Position numbers and translations under genes: made by a program
Virus record (IMG/VR): IMGVR_UViG_3300009011_000001
Span: 62,001 to 126,000 of that record
Direction: 5' to 3' (one strand)
DNA length: 64,000 nucleotides
The notes under the pieces: generated by a model
The model's database searches: none
Seen by the model: the letters and a program-made list of their open reading frames with translations, nothing else
What the model was told of the DNA's origin: nothing
Shown: positions 1 through 8,875 of the stretch, piece after piece
Layout of the letters: the number at the start of each line of letters is the position of its first letter
Position numbering within the stretch: position 1 is the stretch's first letter

Positions 1-251
1 ATAACAACAGCACTGCGTTAGATGCCATGGATCGACTGGTGTCTGACACAGGGCTGGCTCAGCCATCTCAGTCCGCAGGGCTGCTTGGCGAAATGCTTGT
101 ACTTAACAACGTATTCCGCAGTAGTTATAAGCATCACGACGGTATTCTGGACGAACTTGAGCAGCTAATGCCCAACGACCCCCGCTGCAATATCGAGGAA
201 GTTTTCAACGTGGAGTTCTCTCCCGATGGGAATTTTCTGAGGATACGTTAG
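1..251 (+). CDS. Hypothetical protein, probably 5'-truncated by the window edge
   Basis: Frame is open from position 3 to the TAG at 249-251, which overlaps the GTG start of the next gene. Confidence 0.55.
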   Translation, partial: NNSTALDAMDRLVSDTGLAQPSQSAGLLGEMLVLNNVFRSSYKHHDGILDELEQLMPNDPRCNIEEVFNVEFSPDGNFLRIR

Positions 252-643
252 TGCCAGCATACATCATCGACATAGACCTTCCGGCGATCAGCGACCTTGA
301 GTTGGTCGCTGATCGTCTTATGCACCTGCAGGAATATGAGGAAGAAACTCGAGAGGTTGCGATGACCGATGTTACAGACGCTTTGTTGCATTATTGGTTG
401 CTCGCAGACTTTGACAGACTGAACCTCTTGCTTGACGACATCAGGGCCGACCGGCCAGGATTCAGGGATCATGAGATCTTTGAAGCTTTTGAACGTCTGG
501 CCAATCCCTTGAAAGCAGGATACCGCCAACTTAACAGTAGCTCTAAAGCCATTCAGCGCGAACTGCTTGAGGTCGATGAAATCATCACCTACGAAGTGAA
601 AGTTGACAAGAACTTTAGAACTATTGGGTTCTCTATTTATTGA
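251..643 (+). CDS. Hypothetical protein (small-gene chain upstream of DNA polymerase)
   Basis: 130-aa ORF with GTG start coupled to the previous stop. Confidence 0.7.
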   Translation: MPAYIIDIDLPAISDLELVADRLMHLQEYEEETREVAMTDVTDALLHYWLLADFDRLNLLLDDIRADRPGFRDHEIFEAFERLANPLKAGYRQLNSSSKAIQRELLEVDEIITYEVKVDKNFRTIGFSIY

Positions 644-652
644 GGAGCTGTC

Positions 653-973
653 ATGGAGTCAGCGCAGAACAAGTTCATTTTCGATACGCCCAAAGATGGT
701 GGACTTAATCTTGAAATGCTCCAAAAGACTATTGCCTTCTTCGCCACAGAGCTGAACGATCAAAACCAATTCCTCAGCGACTATCAGTATACGTTTTTGA
801 GGGAGTCCTTCGGTGCTAATTCAAAGGCCATTGAGGACGTCTGCAACAAAGCCCTGGACATTTTGGAATATAGTGGCGTCATGAGAGAATTGATCGTGCC
901 CGGTCAAATCCTTAATGATGTAAGCTGCGATCTGAACGAAGACTGCGGTAGAATAATCTTGGAGTGGTTATGA
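653..973 (+). CDS. Hypothetical protein
   Basis: 106 aa; GAGGAG RBS upstream. Confidence 0.75.
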   Translation: MESAQNKFIFDTPKDGGLNLEMLQKTIAFFATELNDQNQFLSDYQYTFLRESFGANSKAIEDVCNKALDILEYSGVMRELIVPGQILNDVSCDLNEDCGRIILEWL

Positions 974-1335
974 ACGCATTAGCCAAGGTAGATAAAGATA
1001 CGGTGTTCCTGATCGAAGAGAACGCCTTCAACCGATTCAAGACCAAGGAAGAAATGATGGGTCATCTCGCCATCCTACGTGGCATGGCTGAACAGATCAC
1101 CGAGAGCGTACCCGTCAGTCTGGAGATTGCCATCTGGCCATCGACCGACCTGTTCCTTATGGGACACCCTGCGAAGTCCCCTGTTAGAACCTTGTACTCT
1201 GTACTTTCAGAAGTCCTCGCTTCTTCAGGATTCTCGATAGGGGTGCTCATGACCCTTGAGGTTGAGAACCATGAACCATACGACACCACCGCCATCAGGG
1301 TGGAAGGCCGCTACAGAATCTTTACCGTCCACTAA
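964..1335 (+). CDS. Hypothetical protein
   Basis: About 121-123 aa; GGAG RBS and ATGA overlap with the previous stop. Confidence 0.7.
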   Translation: MVMNALAKVDKDTVFLIEENAFNRFKTKEEMMGHLAILRGMAEQITESVPVSLEIAIWPSTDLFLMGHPAKSPVRTLYSVLSEVLASSGFSIGVLMTLEVENHEPYDTTAIRVEGRYRIFTVH

Positions 1336-1765
1336 TGTCCATGTAGAGCGCTTCCTCTTTGATATCACGAAGGAGGTCAGCGCATTCGTGGACAACTCTG
1401 ACTATGGGGTAGAGGACTTAACTTACGATGTTCCGCGAATCGTAGCTTACTTCCAATTCGCCACAACCGACGTCGAGCTGTTAGCGGAGTATTTCTGGAC
1501 AAAGTACATTGCCGGTACGCCGAAGGATTCGATCATTCTTGCGTCACAGGCCGATAAGCAATTGTACCCGGATATGAACGAACAGTTTGAATCACAAGGA
1601 ATTGTGAAAGCCGACATTGTCGGCATAGACGTCGATTATACGGAGCATTCAACTAAAGGCCTTATCGAATGTTTTGTATTTGTCAGAGCCAAAGTTCGGA
1701 GTAAACCAGATGGTCTACCAGCGGGTAGTGGGCTTTTGCCCCGACTTAGTCACAAGGATCGATGA
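1271..1765 (+). CDS. Hypothetical protein (start uncertain)
   Basis: ORF overlapping both neighbours in a tightly packed operon. Confidence 0.6.
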   Translation: MNHTTPPPSGWKAATESLPSTNVHVERFLFDITKEVSAFVDNSDYGVEDLTYDVPRIVAYFQFATTDVELLAEYFWTKYIAGTPKDSIILASQADKQLYPDMNEQFESQGIVKADIVGIDVDYTEHSTKGLIECFVFVRAKVRSKPDGLPAGSGLLPRLSHKDR

Positions 1766-2129
1766 GCTCGTAGCCGAGAAATTCGAATACGAGTATTTTG
1801 ATGATCCGATCAGTGATGCCAGAGCTGAGATGATTCGTGAGATGGACAGCTACTGGTACCGCCGGCAGCTTTTCGAGGCCTTTGGTGGCATCAATCACGT
1901 TGCTCTGCTCCGCAATGAATTGCAAGAGCTTGCTAAGGTCGTTGAGGGCCACGAGCTCCTTGAGGCATGTTGTCTCATGTATCGTCCATTCATCCTGCAC
2001 TTGTCGGATGAAGGCTTCTTTGCAATTGACTGCATTGAAGCAAATAGCAGTAAACTGTCGGTTGCTCTTCAGGTTGAAGAGAATAATAAAAGGAAGTTTA
2101 TTAAACCATCAGTTGAGAGCAGTCAATGA
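1674..2129 (+). CDS. Hypothetical protein (start uncertain)
   Basis: 151-aa ORF; ATGA overlap with the next gene. Confidence 0.6.
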   Translation: MYLSEPKFGVNQMVYQRVVGFCPDLVTRIDELVAEKFEYEYFDDPISDARAEMIREMDSYWYRRQLFEAFGGINHVALLRNELQELAKVVEGHELLEACCLMYRPFILHLSDEGFFAIDCIEANSSKLSVALQVEENNKRKFIKPSVESSQ

Positions 2130-2518
2130 AACTTGATTCGAGCGCACTACAGGCGACGCTGACGTTTGAAACCTACGCCGGCGTCAAATACAACAACCTC
2201 AAGTTCCTCGCTATCCTCGACGCAGGGTCTGTGAGCGATCTGGGCCAAGATCCTTTTGGTCTGCATCTTCAGAACCTGCCGTACCTGCCCGACCCGAAAC
2301 CCGAAGCTTACACCGATTATAGCTACGCCCTGTTCCGCGACGCCGAGGGAAAGAAAACCTACCTCGGCATTCCGTGGGTCCGTGAAGATTCGATTGTGAA
2401 TAAGGGGCAGCCGGATTATCTGATGACGATCCTTGCCCCGACACCAGCTCAGCTGGACTCTCTTCGCTCCATGGCCATCGCCTCGGGCATCGAGAACTTT
2501 ACGCTTAAAGCAATTTGA
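2126..2518 (+). CDS. Conserved phiKZ-like protein (gp49-like position)
   Basis: 130 aa, LGIPWV motif, lies immediately upstream of the DNA polymerase gene. Confidence 0.65.
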   Translation: MKLDSSALQATLTFETYAGVKYNNLKFLAILDAGSVSDLGQDPFGLHLQNLPYLPDPKPEAYTDYSYALFRDAEGKKTYLGIPWVREDSIVNKGQPDYLMTILAPTPAQLDSLRSMAIASGIENFTLKAI

Positions 2519-2522
2519 AGAC

Positions 2523-2572
2523 GACATAAGGCCGGCCCGCAGGGGCTGGTTTTATGCCGCATTTTCTTTTTT
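2523..2572 (+). terminator. CATA-hairpin-TATG element with U-tract
   Basis: gacataa-ggccggccc-gca-ggggctggtt-ttatgcc followed by ttttctttttt. Confidence 0.8.
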
Positions 2573-2621
2573 CACTCGATGCACTAATGTTACATACGCC
2601 GAGCCCCATGGATGTAACGAA

Positions 2622-4751
2622 ATGTCAAAGAGTGCGAATCCTTTCATCCGCGATCTGGACGATTACCAGCGCGATATCGATATCCTCCCCGGTGCAAAAG
2701 AACAGATTGCGAAGTATGTAAGCCTACGACTGAAGATTACGTTTGAAGAAGCCTACGAATGGCTTGAGAAAAAGCTGAAAGATCCGCAATGGAAAATTAA
2801 AGACCCAGCAATGGAACGTCTGCTTCGTAAAGGACCCGGCAATCGGGTCGAAGACGAAACGACCTTCCTGCAGTACATCGAAGAGATCATCGACAACAAC
2901 TGGATTCTGTCGCCCGCACTGGTAGCGTATCAGCGTCCTGAAGTTGAGCTGTCTCCGATTGCTGAATGGCAAGAAGATAACATTGCTGCACGTAAGAAAT
3001 CCAAGACCAACATGTTCGTCCTGAAACAGGCCGGTCAGTTGCTCAAGTCTGCTTTGGCGGACTATGACCAGAACGCACGGAAGATTCGGATCAACGCCGT
3101 ATCTGGGCAGCATGGTTCTGAAGCTAACCCGTTGTATCAAGCTACCGGTCACTATAGCCTCACAGCTCTCTGCCGAGCTGCAGCGGGGTACGGTAACGGC
3201 ACCGTTGAACGCTTCCTCACGGGATCTAAACATTATCACACGCCCGAGATAGCCAAGGCGAATCTTGTCGCGATTCTTACCATGGAAGATAAGAGTCGCT
3301 TTCAAGAGGCCATGGATTTCTACGAGCTGACATATCCTGAAGTAGACGACGTGCTGGCAATGGTTGAGCATTCGACCAGCCTGTATTGGAAGTCTCCAGA
3401 AGAGTCTGCCATCATCCGTGATTGCATCACCGGCATGACGCCACTGGAGCGAGCCATTGTTACCTACTCGGGTGACATGTTCCACTTGGCTAAGCACAAC
3501 CCGGACATCATCCGTGAATTCATGGGTGAAATGATTGTCGACAATATCGATGGCATGGAAGATGTCGATACTGACGCTGAGCTGAAAACCATGAACTCCA
3601 CAGATGTTGCGTACATCAACGCCCTGTGTGCTGACGTGATGATCGGTTCCGACCACAAGCGGGTAAAGGCAAACGACCCAGCTGGGTGGCAAGTCATCGG
3701 TAAGACAGCTCGTCGCTTTAAGGACGTGATGCAGCGATTCCAGTTGCTGATCTCGACCTTCTTCGTGCCTCGTCACCTGCCGCCGACTGTGGCTTCTCTG
3801 AAAGGCATTCAGCGCCGCGCTTGCCTGGCAGCAGATACCGACTCCTCCATCTTCACCTGCGAGTCGTGGGTTAAGTGGTATTCGGGCGACTTGAAACGCG
3901 GTCGCACACAAGACCGCATCTGGTACCTGACCACCTACATGGCGTGTCAATGCATTGCGCACTCTTTGGCAATGTTGTCGGCAAACGTCGGTGTGGAAAG
4001 AAAGAACATCTTCCGCTTGGCTATGAAGAACGAGTACGCATTCCCAGTGTTTGCACTCACGAACTTGGCCAAACACTACTTCTCGCTTATTTCTATGCGC
4101 GAAGGTAACGTGTACAAGAAGATGGACTTGGAGATCAAAGGCGTTGAGCTTCGTGGTTCCACTGTGCCAAAGGAAACTTTGGATGCAGCCAAGGACCTGA
4201 TGCAATTCATCCTGAACACTGCAAATGCCGGTGAGAAGATGAACGCCAAGAAGATGCTCACTGAAATTGCTGAGCGTGAGATCGAAACGATTCGTTCGAT
4301 TAAGCGCGGTGAGTACAAGTACCTGAAGTCTGCACAGATCAAGCCGAACAGCGACAAGATCATCCACTTCGAACTCTGGCAAGAAGTGTTTGGTCCAAAG
4401 TACGGCGAATCCGTGCTGCCACCTTTCCCGGTGGTGAAAGTAACAACCGAGCTGACCAACAAGACTCTGATGAAAGAGTGGTTGGAAGGCATCGAAGACA
4501 AAGAGTTGGCTGCACGCATGGTTGCTTGGCTGAACCGCACTGGTCGTGACAAGTTGCCTACCATGTATCTGCCTACTCAGGTTGTTCGAAATTCTGGCCT
4601 GCCAGTAGAGATTCAAGAAGCGGCAAACGTACGCAAGCTCGCTTACCAAATCAACTCCGGCTTCTACCGGATCCTTGAGTCCACAGGTTTGGCTATCGTC
4701 GACCGCAATCACCACCGTCTGGTGTTTGACTTCTTGAGGATGGCGGCATGA
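2622..4751 (+). CDS. Family B DNA polymerase, subunit carrying motifs B and C (phiKZ gp50-like)
   Basis: KIRINAVSG (motif B), AADTDS (motif C), KHYF and IKGVE; likely start MSKSANP at 2622. Confidence 0.9.
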   Translation: MSKSANPFIRDLDDYQRDIDILPGAKEQIAKYVSLRLKITFEEAYEWLEKKLKDPQWKIKDPAMERLLRKGPGNRVEDETTFLQYIEEIIDNNWILSPALVAYQRPEVELSPIAEWQEDNIAARKKSKTNMFVLKQAGQLLKSALADYDQNARKIRINAVSGQHGSEANPLYQATGHYSLTALCRAAAGYGNGTVERFLTGSKHYHTPEIAKANLVAILTMEDKSRFQEAMDFYELTYPEVDDVLAMVEHSTSLYWKSPEESAIIRDCITGMTPLERAIVTYSGDMFHLAKHNPDIIREFMGEMIVDNIDGMEDVDTDAELKTMNSTDVAYINALCADVMIGSDHKRVKANDPAGWQVIGKTARRFKDVMQRFQLLISTFFVPRHLPPTVASLKGIQRRACLAADTDSSIFTCESWVKWYSGDLKRGRTQDRIWYLTTYMACQCIAHSLAMLSANVGVERKNIFRLAMKNEYAFPVFALTNLAKHYFSLISMREGNVYKKMDLEIKGVELRGSTVPKETLDAAKDLMQFILNTANAGEKMNAKKMLTEIAEREIETIRSIKRGEYKYLKSAQIKPNSDKIIHFELWQEVFGPKYGESVLPPFPVVKVTTELTNKTLMKEWLEGIEDKELAARMVAWLNRTGRDKLPTMYLPTQVVRNSGLPVEIQEAANVRKLAYQINSGFYRILESTGLAIVDRNHHRLVFDFLRMAA

Positions 4752-4788
4752 TTGGCTGGACAAAACCATTAGAAAATCAAAAGGAGGC

Positions 4789-5322
4789 GTGATAATGATC
4801 CGCAGTATCAATGAACCGTTTGATGCACTCGAACTGACATTCCCGAATGGGAGTGTGGAAATGTGGAAGAACAGCGCTGAAACCTACGAGCAGTATTACG
4901 AGCGCGTGGCTTACGAACTGAAGACATCCGGCAGTTTCAAAGCTGCCGAGATCTGCAAGGTCCAGATCCTGGTCGGCGCAAGCGCAACCGTTTACGAAGT
5001 GACGGACCCAGATCTTCATCGCGTTATCTGGGAACTTCGCGACCTTTCGATTGCTGCCGATAAGTTCAAAGCGGTCATTACTTTCGAAACGGCCGTTGGC
5101 GAAGAAGGTAGTGAGAAGAAGCCAATCTTCATCGAGGTTTATCTCGTTGCCGATACCCCGGCCGCTGCAATGCGCAAAGCAGCCGATTATCTCGAAACGC
5201 GTCCAGGCACTGTGGTGAAGAATGTAGTTATCCAGCCGATCTATCCGCTGGATAGTAACGCTACCCAGACCTACAGTCTCGAAATGATCCAGACCCCTCA
5301 GGTGTTCACACCACCAGCTTAA
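4789..5322 (+). CDS. Hypothetical protein
   Basis: 177 aa; AGGAGG RBS. Confidence 0.75.
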   Translation: MIMIRSINEPFDALELTFPNGSVEMWKNSAETYEQYYERVAYELKTSGSFKAAEICKVQILVGASATVYEVTDPDLHRVIWELRDLSIAADKFKAVITFETAVGEEGSEKKPIFIEVYLVADTPAAAMRKAADYLETRPGTVVKNVVIQPIYPLDSNATQTYSLEMIQTPQVFTPPA

Positions 5323-5334
5323 AAGAAGCATTGC

Positions 5335-5376
5335 GGCATACAGGCAGGGCGCAAGCCCTGCCTGTCACCTATGTCG
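5335..5376. terminator. Bidirectional hairpin (GCAA loop) with CATA/TATG flanks
   Basis: acaggcagggc-gcaa-gccctgcctgt between convergent genes. Confidence 0.8.
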
Positions 5377-6451
5377 GCATGCGTTCAAAAACGTACTTGT
5401 TCAGACGACCTTCGAGGAATACGGAAGCTGCGGTCGGAAGTCCATTGGACATGACCTTATCTTCTTTATTCACGATAGCCATGCGCCTGATCACAGTCAG
5501 CTCGTGGAGCATCTTGTCGTAACCTGCCCGCTTACCCACCTCAAGCATTACCGAGGCTGCATCGACCTTGTGGGAGATCAGAGCCCACAATACCTGAGCA
5601 GTTGGTGAAGTCAGCGGCAGGGTAACGCTGTCGAGGTAATTGTCTCCAAAGATGGCCGGAATCGTAGAGAGGATCTGGTTAGCCCCCATCTCTTTACCCA
5701 GCATTTTGTTCAACACATCCTCGGCTACCTCATCACCTACTTGGTTCGCGATATTCTGAGCAAACAGCAAATTGCTCTTAACGCCACACGGATTCCGGAT
5801 ATCCAGATACGCCATGATCTTGTTAAACAGCGCAACGTTCAGGTGGCTCTTCATCATCTGTGGTAGGACGTAGCCGGTAACGAACGCTTCCATGTTCTTT
5901 TCAGGGAAGGTCGCTTTAAACATTCGCCACTTGGCCGCAAGTAGAGGAATGTCGATAGCCACCACTGCCAGATCTGAAACGTCGATCTTTGCAGAGTTCA
6001 TCACAGCTGGTTCAAAGATCGTAAGATCGGAGATAGGGTGGTTCACTACCCAGACTGGCTCCACGTCCCGCCAGTTAGTCCACAGGTCCATCATTTTGAA
6101 CCGTGGGTTACGGGCGTACATGATGATCTCAGGACAGCCGTCGTAGAAGACGCTCTCCGTAAAGAGACGACCTTTGCTAAAGCTGGACGTCATCTTTAAG
6201 GTAGGGACCAACCGTAGACTCGCACCCTCGCAGCGCTCAAGGTACTTGACCATGTCCCCATCGAACTCAACGCCGAGGCTGTTGATGATCTTGAAGAGGA
6301 GGTGGGAGCTATCAACACGTCCGGGAAGCAAGGCACGTTCATGGACGTACTTCAGATAGTTCTCTTCCACGCGTTGCCGAAGGAGGACCATCTTGGCAAA
6401 CTGGAAAGGGGAGTTGTCGAACCGGTTCTTCGGATTTAAGATGTTGTACAT
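5369..6451 (-). CDS. Conserved phiKZ-like protein (gp52-like, probable virion protein)
   Basis: 360 aa; divergent from chmA as in phiKZ-like phages. Confidence 0.75.
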   Translation of the reverse strand: MYNILNPKNRFDNSPFQFAKMVLLRQRVEENYLKYVHERALLPGRVDSSHLLFKIINSLGVEFDGDMVKYLERCEGASLRLVPTLKMTSSFSKGRLFTESVFYDGCPEIIMYARNPRFKMMDLWTNWRDVEPVWVVNHPISDLTIFEPAVMNSAKIDVSDLAVVAIDIPLLAAKWRMFKATFPEKNMEAFVTGYVLPQMMKSHLNVALFNKIMAYLDIRNPCGVKSNLLFAQNIANQVGDEVAEDVLNKMLGKEMGANQILSTIPAIFGDNYLDSVTLPLTSPTAQVLWALISHKVDAASVMLEVGKRAGYDKMLHELTVIRRMAIVNKEDKVMSNGLPTAASVFLEGRLNKYVFERMPT

Positions 6452-6603
6452 GGGTTGGAATCCCGGCCGTGTAAAAAGTTACTGAGGGTATCTACTATAT
6501 GTAGACAAACGACCTGCCTTGTGCAGGTTGGGTCTTGGTGCCCTGCTGTTGAAGTTCATCTGATAGTGTTCGCCCAGGATTCGATCCTAAGAAATTCTGG
6601 CCC

Positions 6604-6618
6604 TACATTACTACCTTG
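6604..6618 (+). promoter_or_regulatory. Putative early (vRNAP) promoter TACATTAC-N5-TG upstream of chmA
   Basis: Same motif recurs at 16870, 21898, 56132 and 63574; resembles the phiKZ early consensus TATATTAC. Confidence 0.7.
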
Positions 6619-6829
6619 ATATTTAGCACGCCTTGTATTTAATCACATGGTAGCGGTATCAGTTGAGCAGCCAATGGCGTGAGCCACTGGGTACCCGGAT
6701 GATGAGCTGGGGAACTTAAGCCCAAACGGATATGGCCGTATCCAGAGTGTTGGGAATTCCTGACGCGATAGGGAACCATTAAAGGCATTTCGCCACAATC
6801 GCAAACTGTGTACACACCAAGGAGTAAGC

Positions 6830-8791
6830 ATGTCTGACGATAATCTGTTCAAAGACGGTAACAACGACCAATCTCACGCAGGTACCGAACAACGTCAAAA
6901 CGAACGCACCACCCACGAATCTGCGCAACAACGCTACGAACAGCCAGCACCATCGGCCTGGACTCTGGCTGATCTGGGTAACGTCCAAGGTCGTCCAAGC
7001 CTTGGCGGTCTGACCGACGGCGCTCTGTCGCTGATGATCGAAACCTTCGAAGAAGCCAAGGACCGTGCAAGCGGCCGTGTTCCCGAAGAAATCAGCTCCA
7101 AGCGCTTCAAAGCTCTGCCGCTGGTTGGCCAGCGCATCGGTAGTCAGATGTCGGCTCTGCTGATCGCTCTGCCTGCGACCATCGCCAACAAGCTGTACGC
7201 AATCGTCTACATCGCTCTGATCGAACCGGCTGGCCCGATGGCTACCCGTTCTCTGTCCGACGGCCAAGGCACTTACGAAGCTCTGTACCTGCCGGAAGAC
7301 CGCCTGACCGAGAAATACGTGAAGGCCATCCGTGACGAAGTGTCGGCCAACATCCCAGGCGCGCAAATCGTTATCGCCGGTCGTCAAGTGATCACCCAGG
7401 GCACCGTTGCTGCGCTGAACGAAAAAGAAGGCGTGGGCATCATCGAGCGCATCTTCGACAACGGCTTCGACGCAATCTGCGGCTACCGCCAGAACATGAT
7501 CGATGCCATCACCGGTCAGCGTACCAGCGATCGTCGCATCAACCCGGACGCCGTCGGTCGCCGTGACCGTCTGGAAGCCAGCTTCGACTTCTCCGGTGCC
7601 CAGCCTCTGGACACCTCGGGTCTGCCGATCGCTTCCGACGCCGCAATGACCATCTGGTACTCGGCCGCCGACCAGGACGAAGAAGGTAACTACAACCGTA
7701 TTCCTCTGGCCGAAGCGCGCATGTCGCTGAACCTGTTCCTGGATCAAAGCACCAAGCAAAACACCCTCGGCTTCGGCCGTCGTCGTGATCGCAACAAAGA
7801 TGACCCGGCTCCGTTCCAAGCGGTGCTGACCATCAACAACGTGACCTCGCCGCAAGGTGTTCCGTTCTCCCTGGAACTGGCGCAGCTGACCATCGCAGCT
7901 ACCGCAATCCTGTCGAACGACTACCGCTGGGCTGAAATCCTGCGTCCGCGCGCTACCATGCCTTCCGGCCTGAAGCCTGCGTACAACATCAAAGACCTCG
8001 TGCATTTCGCCGACGTCACCGATGAGCAGCGTGAAAAGATCCTGCAAGCCGTTACTCCGAACATCAGCGACGCCGACCTGTCGAACTACCTGGACCTGGT
8101 CGTTCAACCGCAAATCGCTTTCGCAATCGTGGCTCCAAGCTCCTGCGAGAAATCGTGGGTTCTGTCGATCTACGAGAAGATCGCAATGGCGAAGAACGAT
8201 GCCGAGCGCCGTGCTCTGACCACCACCCTGTACGACAGCGCCGACGTCGTGACCGGCAAGCGCTTCCGTAAGGTTCTGCGCGAACTGGGCGGCGACGACA
8301 GCACTCCACCAGTTGTTCTGACCGGCAACCCGACTCTGGTCGGTACCTGGGTCGACTCCGACGGTCGCGAGCGCGCTCTGAGCGAAATTCAGAACGTGCC
8401 TGCGGTCCTGAGCCGTGTCGGCGCGAAAGGTCTGGAGCTGGTTGAAGACTTCCAGTTCACCATCCAGGACGATCGTCGTCCGGTTCCGGCCAACTTGGCG
8501 GACCGCTTCGGCATGTTGAACAAGTCCTTCGGTTCGATCCACGTTGTGACCACTGCAGAACAAGTCGGCCTGGTGCCGATCTACCTGCAAGCGCTGAACA
8601 TCTCCCTGCAACAGGCCAACATGACCTGCGTACCGACTTCCCTGGAAGGTACTCAGACTCGTCGTCGTCCTGCTTCGGGCGGTTACGGCGGCCTGGCCAC
8701 CAACGATATCGGCGCCACTCGCCGTCAAGGTTCCGGCTTGTCCGGCCTGAACACCCGTGGCAACGATCCGTTCGGCGGTCGCTACTTCTAA
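6830..8791 (+). CDS. chmA: Chimallin, the major phage nuclear shell protein (phiKZ gp54/PhuN-like)
   Basis: 653 aa, strong codon bias, AAGGAG RBS, low-complexity N and C termini, located between the gp52-like gene and the nvRNAP beta' gene. Confidence 0.85.
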   Translation: MSDDNLFKDGNNDQSHAGTEQRQNERTTHESAQQRYEQPAPSAWTLADLGNVQGRPSLGGLTDGALSLMIETFEEAKDRASGRVPEEISSKRFKALPLVGQRIGSQMSALLIALPATIANKLYAIVYIALIEPAGPMATRSLSDGQGTYEALYLPEDRLTEKYVKAIRDEVSANIPGAQIVIAGRQVITQGTVAALNEKEGVGIIERIFDNGFDAICGYRQNMIDAITGQRTSDRRINPDAVGRRDRLEASFDFSGAQPLDTSGLPIASDAAMTIWYSAADQDEEGNYNRIPLAEARMSLNLFLDQSTKQNTLGFGRRRDRNKDDPAPFQAVLTINNVTSPQGVPFSLELAQLTIAATAILSNDYRWAEILRPRATMPSGLKPAYNIKDLVHFADVTDEQREKILQAVTPNISDADLSNYLDLVVQPQIAFAIVAPSSCEKSWVLSIYEKIAMAKNDAERRALTTTLYDSADVVTGKRFRKVLRELGGDDSTPPVVLTGNPTLVGTWVDSDGRERALSEIQNVPAVLSRVGAKGLELVEDFQFTIQDDRRPVPANLADRFGMLNKSFGSIHVVTTAEQVGLVPIYLQALNISLQQANMTCVPTSLEGTQTRRRPASGGYGGLATNDIGATRRQGSGLSGLNTRGNDPFGGRYF

Positions 8792-8799
8792 GTAGCAGC

Positions 8800-8858
8800 G
8801 GCATAGAGCAGCAGGCGGAGCAATCCGCCTGCTAGCTCACTTTTTCTTTTTATGTTGC
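8800..8858 (+). terminator. Hairpin and U-tract after chmA, with CATA/TATG flanks
   Basis: agcaggcgga-gcaa-tccgcctgct followed by tttttcttttt. Confidence 0.8.
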
Positions 8859-8875
8859 TAGGGGGTTAAGCGAGA

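Noticed and set aside
2433-2621. N-terminal extension of the DNA polymerase in the ORF track
   Set aside because: Overlaps the upstream gene and crosses a terminator; ATG 2622 is more plausible
6779-8728. 649-aa antisense ORF opposite chmA (likewise 2724..4811 and 8858..9892)
   Set aside because: Shadow ORF expected from the strong codon bias of the sense gene; no recognisable motifs
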